From contig OZ024749.1 in the NCBI GenBank assembly GCA_964016885.1, positions 8,680,001 through 8,744,000 on the forward strand: DNA of 64,000 nt. The letters run 5' to 3'. The position numbers were made by a program, and so were the translations under genes. Below are positions 57,101 through 64,000 of the stretch, piece by piece (the stretch's first letter is position 1; each line of letters begins with the position of its first letter). Source of the stretch: Eledone cirrhosa. Lineage: Eukaryota. The notes under the pieces were generated by a model that worked only from the letters and a program-made list of their open reading frames with translations, did no database searches and was not told the origin of the DNA.

Positions 57101-59490
57101 TGGTGTTGTTGTTGGTGTTGTTGGTGTTGGTGTTAGTGTTGTTGTTGGTGTTGTTGTTGTTGGTGTTGGTGTTGTTGGTGTTGTTGTTGGTGTTGTTGGT
57201 GTTGGTGTTGGTGTTGTTGTTGGTGTTGTTGTTGTTGGTGTTGGTGTTGTTGTTGGTGTTGTTGGTGTTGGTGTTGGTGTTGTTGGTGTTGGTGTTGGTG
57301 TTGTTGTTGGTGTTGTTGTTGTTGGTGTTGGTGTTGGTGTTGGTGTTGTTGGTGTTGTTGTTGGTGTTGTTGGTGTTGGTGTTGGTGTTGTTGTTGGTGT
57401 TGTTGTTGTTGGTGTTGGTGTTGTTGGTGTTGTTGTTGGTGTTGTTGGTGTTGGTGTTGGTGTTGTTGTTGGTGTTGTTGTTGTTGGTGTTGGTGTTGGT
57501 GTTGGTGTTGTTGGTGTTGTTGTTGGTGTTGTTGGTGTTGGTGTTGGTGTTGTTGTTGGTGTTGTTGTTGTTGGTGTTGGTGTTGTTGTTGGTGTTGTTG
57601 GTGTTGGTGTTGGTGTTGTTGGTGTTGTTGTTGGTGTTGTTGGTGTTGGTGTTGGTGTTGTTGGTGTTGTTGTTGTTGGTGTTGGTGTTGTTGGTGTTGT
57701 TGTTGGTGTTGTTGGTGTTGGTGTTGGTGTTGTTGTTGGTGTTGTTGTTGTTGGTGTTGGTGTTGTTGGTGTTGTTGTTGGTGTTGTTGGTGTTGGTGTT
57801 GGTGTTGTTGTTGGTGTTGTTGGTGTTGGTGTTGGTGTTGTTGTTGGTGTTGTTGTTGTTGGTGTTGGTGTTGTTGGTGTTGTTGTTGGTGTTGTTGGTG
57901 TTGGTGTTGGTGTTGTTGTTGGTGTTGTTGGTGTTGGTGTTGGTGTTGTTGTTGGTGTTGTTGTTGTTGGTGTTGGTGTTGTTGGTGTTGTTGTTGGTGT
58001 TGTTGGTGTTGGTGTTGGTGTTGTTGTTGGTGTTGTTGTTGTTGGTGTTGGTGTTGTTGGTGTTGTTGTTGGTGTTGTTGGTGTTGGTGTTGGTGTTGTT
58101 GTTGGTGTTGTTGGTGTTGGTGTTGGTGTTGTTGGTGTTGTTGTTGTTGGTGTTGGTGTTGTTGGTGTTGTTGTTGGTGTTGTTGGTGTTGGTGTTGGTG
58201 TTGTTGTTGGTGTTGTTGGTGTTGGTGTTGGTGTTGTTGTTGGTGTTGTTGTTGTTGGTGTTGGTGTTGTTGGTGTTGTTGTTGTTGGTGTTGGTGTTGT
58301 TGGTGTTGTTGTTGGTGTTGTTGGTGTTGGTGTTGGTGTTGTTGGTGTTGTTGTTGGTGTTGTTGGTGTTGGTGTTGGTGTTGTTGGTGTTGTCGTTGGT
58401 GTTGTTGGTGTTGTTGTTGGTGTTGCTGTTGGTGGTGGTGGTGGTGGTGGTGTTGTTGTTGGTGTTGTTCTTGGTGTTGTTGGTGTTGGTGTTGGTGTTG
58501 GTGTTGTTGGTGGTGGTGTTGTTGTTGTTAGTGGTGTTGTTGTTGGTGGTGGTGGTGTTGTAGGTATTGTTGTTGTTGTTGGTGTTGTTGTTGGTGTTGT
58601 TGTTGTTGGTGTTGTTGTTGGTGTTGGTGGTGTTGGTGTTGTTGTTGTTGGTGTTGTTGTTGTTGTTGGTGGTGTTTTTGTTGGTGTTGTTGTTGGTGTT
58701 GTTGTTGGTGGTGGTGGTGTTGTTCTTGGTGTTGGTGTTGGTGGTGGTGGTGTTGTTGTTGGTGGTGTTGTTGTTGGAGGTGGTGGTGTTGTTGTTGGTG
58801 TTGTTGGTGGTGGTGGTGTTGGTGGTGGTGGTGTTGTTGGTGGTGGTGCTGGTGTTGTTGGTGATGTTGGTGTTGTTGGTGTTGGTGTTGTTGGTGTTTT
58901 TGTTGGTGTTGGTGTTGTTCTTGGTGTTGTTGGTGGTGGTGGTGTTGTTGTTGGTGTTGGTGGTGGTGTTGTTGTTGGTGTTGGTTTTGGTGGTGGTGGT
59001 GGTGTTTGTGGTGGTGGTGGTGGTGGTGGTGGTGTTGGTGGTGGTGGTGGTGTTGGTGGTGGTTGTGTTGGTGTTGTTGTTGTTGTTGTTGGTGGCGGTG
59101 GTGTTGGTGGTGTTGTTGTTGGTGTTGGTGGTGGTGGTGGTGGTGGTGGTGTTTGTGGTGGTGGTGGTGGTGGTGGCGGTGGTGTTGGTGTTGGTGGTGT
59201 TAGTGTTGTTGTTGTTGGTGGTGTTGGTGGTGGTGGTGGTGTTGGTGTTGTTGTTACTGTTGTTGTTACTGTTGTTGTTGCTGCTGTTGTTGTTGCTGTT
59301 GTTACTGTTGCTGTTTCTGTTGTTACTGTTGTTGTTGTTACTGTTGCTGTTGTTGCTGTTGTTACTATTGCTGTTGCTGTTGCTGTTGTTACTGCTGGTG
59401 TTGTTACAGTTGTTGTTGCTTTTGTTACTGTTGTTGCTGTTGTTACAGTTGTTGTTGCTGTTGTTACTGTTGTCGACGCTGTTGTGACAG
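54127..59490. repeat. About 5.4-kb (GTT/GGT)n compound trinucleotide array
   Basis: Direct reading. Confidence 0.98.
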
Positions 59491-59533
<43 letters not shown>

Positions 59534-60219
59534 ATAATGCTAACATGAAATATGGTTTCGGAAAAATAAATATATGGAATCTTAGTGAAAATCTCACACC
59601 TCTGACTTCGTCTCAGTTCTGTGTTGTGATTGACTCATGGAATGTTCTCACCATTATCACCATCACCATCACCACCATCATCATCATCATCATCATCATC
59701 AAATTCTTCATAACCATCATCATCATCATCACAACCATCATCACCATTCTCACCACCATCATCATCATCAAATTCTTCATAACCATCATTATCACAACCA
59801 TCACCATCACCATTCTCACCATCACCACCATTATCATCATCATCACCATTCTCACCATCATTCTCACCACCATTATCATCATCATCATCATCATCAACAT
59901 CATCCTTATCATCATCAGTAGCAACAAGCAACGAGTCCACTACCACTACATCTTTAGCCACTGCCACCTCCACTATTATTCGGCATAATAAGCAACAACA
60001 ACAACAACAACAACAACAAACAAAACAACAACAATAACAACAACAGCAACAAACACACAAACTACAACAACCACAACGATAGCAACACCAACAACCACCG
60101 CCACAACAATCATCACAACAACAACATAAAATCTAATGAGAATAAATTAAACCGAAATTTAAATTTTGTTCTAAAATGATAAAATTAACTAACCCACCCC
60201 ACCCTCCCCCCGTTCCCCT

Positions 60220-60840
60220 CATCATCCCTACCCTCCTCCTACTACTTCTCCCCCTCCCCCTCTCAACACCATCACCTCCACCCTCCTCCTACTTCTCCCC
60301 CTCCCCTCTCAACACCATCACCTCCACCCTCCTCCTACTTCTCCCCCTCTCCCCCTCTCAACACCACCACCTCCACTCTCCTCCTACTTCTCCCCCTCCC
60401 CTCTCAACACCATCACCTCCACCCTCCTCCTACTTCTCCCCCTACCCCTCTCAACACCATCACCTCCACCCTCCTCCTACTTCTCCCCCTCCCCCTCTCA
60501 ACACCATCACCTCCACCCTCCTCCTACTTCTCCCTTTCCCCTCTCAACACCACCACCTCCACCCTCCTCCTACTTCCCCCCTCTCCCCCTCTCAACACCA
60601 TCATCCCACCCTCCTCCTACTTCTCCCCCTCCCCTCTCAACACCATCACCTCCACCCTCCTCCCACTTCTCCTCTCCCCTCTCAACACCTTCACCTCCAC
60701 CCTCCTCCTACATCTCCCCCTCCCCCTCTCAACACCCCCACATCCACCCCCACCCATACTTCTCCCCCTCTCCCCCTCTCAACACCCCCACCCCCACCCT
60801 ACTTCTCCCCCTCTCCCCCCTCAACACCATCACCCCCGTC
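60220..60840. repeat. About 45-bp C-rich minisatellite
   Basis: CCCTCTCAACACCATCACCTCCACCCTCCTCCTACTTCTCC units. Confidence 0.9.
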
Positions 60841-61075
60841 CCTCTTCTTGTCCCCCTCTACCCCCCTCATCACCCCCACCCAGACATGCCTTTGTGTAGA
60901 TTATTGATTATGTTCGATTTTTTTTTTATATTTGATTTTCTCTAATTACCGCAGGTGGCGCTGGAGTCGAGCTGCTCTCAACCGCCGTCAAACTTCATCG
61001 GAATATATTTACCGGAAATGGTTATAGTTACTTGTGCATGGAATCGTGTTGTGGTTACATTGCATGCTTCCGGTT

Positions 61076-61109
<34 letters not shown>

Positions 61110-61341
61110 GAGAGAGGAAGAGGGGGCTGAATGAGAATGAGAGAGAAGTGGTAGTACGTGTGAGTGTGGTGGTGAGTGTGAGAGAGAGAAAGATGGTAGT
61201 GTGTGAGAGTGGTAATGGGTGTGGTGGTGGTGATGGTGGGAGAGAGAGAGAGAATGAGGGGAGATTAGTTGAGAGAGAGCAGTAAAGAAAAAAGGAAGGA
61301 TAGATAGATAGAGAGAGAGATAGATAGATAGATAGAGAGAG

Positions 61342-61420
<79 letters not shown>

Positions 61421-61549
61421 CAGACATAAATAGATGGATGAATAGATAGGAAAATTATATAAATTGATATATATATGCGGTGCTCCAGCATGGCCTCAGT
61501 CGGCTGGAATACGTAGTAGATAATAAATAGAATATATTAGAATATATAT

Positions 61550-61858
61550 ATCTTGGTTGTCCATCGTAAACGATGATGACATCTTCTTTATTTTAGTTCC
61601 CGTCTGCTGTGGGCACAAAGTTGGCTGTGGAGGCCGATCCTTGACTTGCAGATCCGGGGACAGTGGGGGAAGAGGAAGAGACTGGAGTCGCTTGGGGCAG
61701 CTGCTGATGGCTTTCTCCTCCTTTCACGGGCCTCAGTAACCTCTGCCCGTCTCTTCTCCTCAAAAGAGTCTTTGGCGCGTCTGGTAAGGGCTCGCCACTC
61801 AGTCCTGTCCTGAGCATGGGACTCGAGTTGTTTTGGGGCGATTCCAGTATGGTTGATG

Positions 61859-61860
<2 letters not shown>
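61550..61860 (-). mobile_element. RTE-clade LINE 3' end with degenerate C2H2 finger
   Basis: Frame absent from the track: AQDRTEWRAL...FEEKRR...PHCPRICKSRIGLHSQLCAH; in (TA)n. Confidence 0.85.
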
Positions 61861-61896
<36 letters not shown>

Positions 61897-61898
<2 letters not shown>

Positions 61899-62899
61899 TT
61901 TCTGAATTTGTTTAGCAAGATTCTTTATCTGAAAACGTGTGTTGAAACCGATATTCTTATGCTTTGGGAGGGTCATGTTGCCAATATCAATACAACCCCT
62001 AGAGGTGAATTAGCTTACAAATTTAGAAGGGCCCTAGATGAACATAAACTTAATATTAAGATAGTAGAAAGACAAGGTTCCTCCATAAAAACACTTATTA
62101 GTAATACATACCCTTTTCAAAGACCTCCCTGTATAGATAAGAAATGCATAATCTGTAAACTAAGCCCCCATATTAACTGTAAAACTAGAAATGTAGTATA
62201 TAGCATAAGATGTACTGAAGGACAATGTAGAGATAAAAATATAGTGTACATAGGTGAGACAGCTCGTAGTATAGGGGAACGGATAAATGAACACTGGCGA
62301 GGCCTTCAAGATAGTAAAGAATCATCTGTACTCTACCAACATGCTAAAATAGAACATAAGGGTAAATTAGAGAACATAGAAATAAAAATAGAATCTACAC
62401 ACAGAGAAGACGCAATGTTTAGACAAATCACAGAGGCAATAAACATAAAAGAACTTACAACCAAAATTAAATAGTAAACATGAATGGAATAGCAACATCA
62501 CAACTTACAATTAAGGACAAAATGAAAACACACACATAGAACAAACAACCAACCGGTAACATGTAAATAAACAAATAAATAAACAAATATAAACACACAC
62601 ACATCTGGATGTAACACATGCGGAAACTAAGCACGCAACACACACAAAAACAACATGGCGTAGGACAGAACAAAGGAGAGGCACAAAACAAAGAAAAGAA
62701 TCCCCAGTCACTGAAGAGGTCACATAATGTGTGACGAAAGAACTTTGACAATATATAAACAACCGTCCGGTTATGGAACCAACCAACCAACCGGAAATTT
62801 ATAAATTCTTAAATTTATAAATTTAATTTATAATAAATTGAAGTGAAAGCATGGTGCGCGTGTTTCTTACTGGCAACATGGCCCTCCCAAAGCATAACA

Positions 62900-62905
<6 letters not shown>
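61897..62905 (+). mobile_element. 5'-truncated Penelope-like element: inverted tail copy, GIY-YIG, HHR-bearing tail
   Basis: C...C..C...CKTRNVVYSIRC...YIGETARSIGERINEH; 61897-61985 is the reverse complement of the family 3' tail. Confidence 0.92.
62706..62750 (+). ncRNA. Minimal hammerhead motif in PLE tail
   Basis: GUCA CUGAAGA GGUCAC-AUAAUGU-GUGAC GAAAG AA CUU UGAC. Confidence 0.75.
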
Positions 62906-62982
<77 letters not shown>

Positions 62983-63009
62983 ACAGAAAAAATAATAGTA
63001 ATAATAGTC

Positions 63010-63205
63010 TGTGATTTAGGCACAAGGCCAGCAATTTGGGGGAGGGAAAAGTCGATTATATCAACCCCAGTGCATTACTGGTTCTTTATTTTGTCGACTC
63101 CGTAAGGATGAAAGGTAAAGTCAACCTCGGCGGGATTTGAATTCACATTGTAAAAGGGTCGTAACTCCATGCTGCCTATCATGGCGTCTGACACTCTACC
63201 GTTGC
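63010..63205 (-). mobile_element. SINE family A
   Basis: Family A motifs. Confidence 0.85.
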
Positions 63206-63209
63206 TAGG

Positions 63210-64000
63210 TGAGACGACTTAATTGGTCTCAGATCAGACCCTGATCTCAAGGCTTCAATATATCGAATATGATTCTGGCAGTGCCACTGATGGTAGAAGT
63301 TAGGCAGTTCCACTGATGGTAGAAGTTAGGCATTGCCACTGATGGTAGAAGTTAGGCATTGCCACTGATGGTAGAAGTTAGGCAGTGCCACTGATGGCAG
63401 AAGTTAGACATTGCCACTGATGGTAGAAGTTAGGCATTGCCACTGATGGTAGAAGTTAGGCAGTGCCACTGATGGTAGAAGTTAGGCATTGTCACTGATG
63501 GTAGAAGTTAGGCATTGCCACTGATGGTAGAAGTTAGGCAGTGCCACTGATGGTAGAAGTTAGGCAGTGGCACTGATGGTAGAAGTTAGGCAGTGCCACT
63601 GATGGTAGAAGTTAGGCAATGGCACTGATGGTAGAAGTTAGGCAGTGCCACTGATGGTAGAAGTTAGGCAGTGCCACTGGTGGTAGAAGTTAGGCAGTGC
63701 CACTGATGGTAGAAGTTAGGCAGTGGCACTGATGGTAGAAGTTAGGCAGTGCCACTGATGGTAGAAGTTAGGCAGTGGCACTGATGGTAGAAGTTAGGCA
63801 CTGCCTATGTAGTCGGGTATCCCAAAGCTTTTGATGGAAGACGTAGGATGTTTATGGACCGTGGCTGGTGCACCAATGATGATTGGTACCATTTCTATCC
63901 CTACATGGTGATCAGTTCTAATAGCGCCTGGAAGGGCTGCATACTTATTGATCTTTTCCATTTCCCTTTCAGTGACGGTATGATCTTGAGGGATCGCAAT
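63210..64000 (-). mobile_element. R4/Dong-like RLE C-terminus interrupted by a 26-bp minisatellite (63277-63805, about 20 copies)
   Basis: IAIPQDHTVTEREMEKINKYAAL...VPIIIGA...IGSA[array]GTARIIFDILKP*. Confidence 0.8.

Noticed and set aside
54081-59597. 1838-aa, 1481-aa and 1192-aa ORFs
   Set aside because: Open in several frames on both strands because of the GTT/GGT repeat; no domain evidence

Overview
Repeat-saturated eukaryotic (animal) genomic DNA with a 200-N assembly gap at 46201-46400. The SINE families and extreme microsatellite load resemble an octopus/coleoid cephalopod genome (inference from recalled repeat sequences, not a search). No intact host gene is evident; almost all long ORFs in the track are microsatellite translations. 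Real coding remnants come from retroelements: R4/Dong-like RLE LINEs (5 copies, best at 28352-30815), RTE fragments, a CR1-like relic and Penelope-like elements (PLEs) with GIY-YIG endonuclease. The main signal is about 15 type I hammerhead ribozyme (HHR) motifs, most with short or palindromic stem III. Several sit in unrelated foldback elements in (TA)n or other microsatellite, always with element 3' ends facing outward, and two share a non-canonical C.A pair at the base of stem II. Other observations: R4-like LINEs inserted in (TACA)n, a higher-order 117-bp satellite made of SINE heads, three minisatellites born inside TEs, an ORF-less RTE derivative with a possible HDV-like fold, and a hAT MITE with its TSD. 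All folds and translations were done by eye and need computational confirmation.
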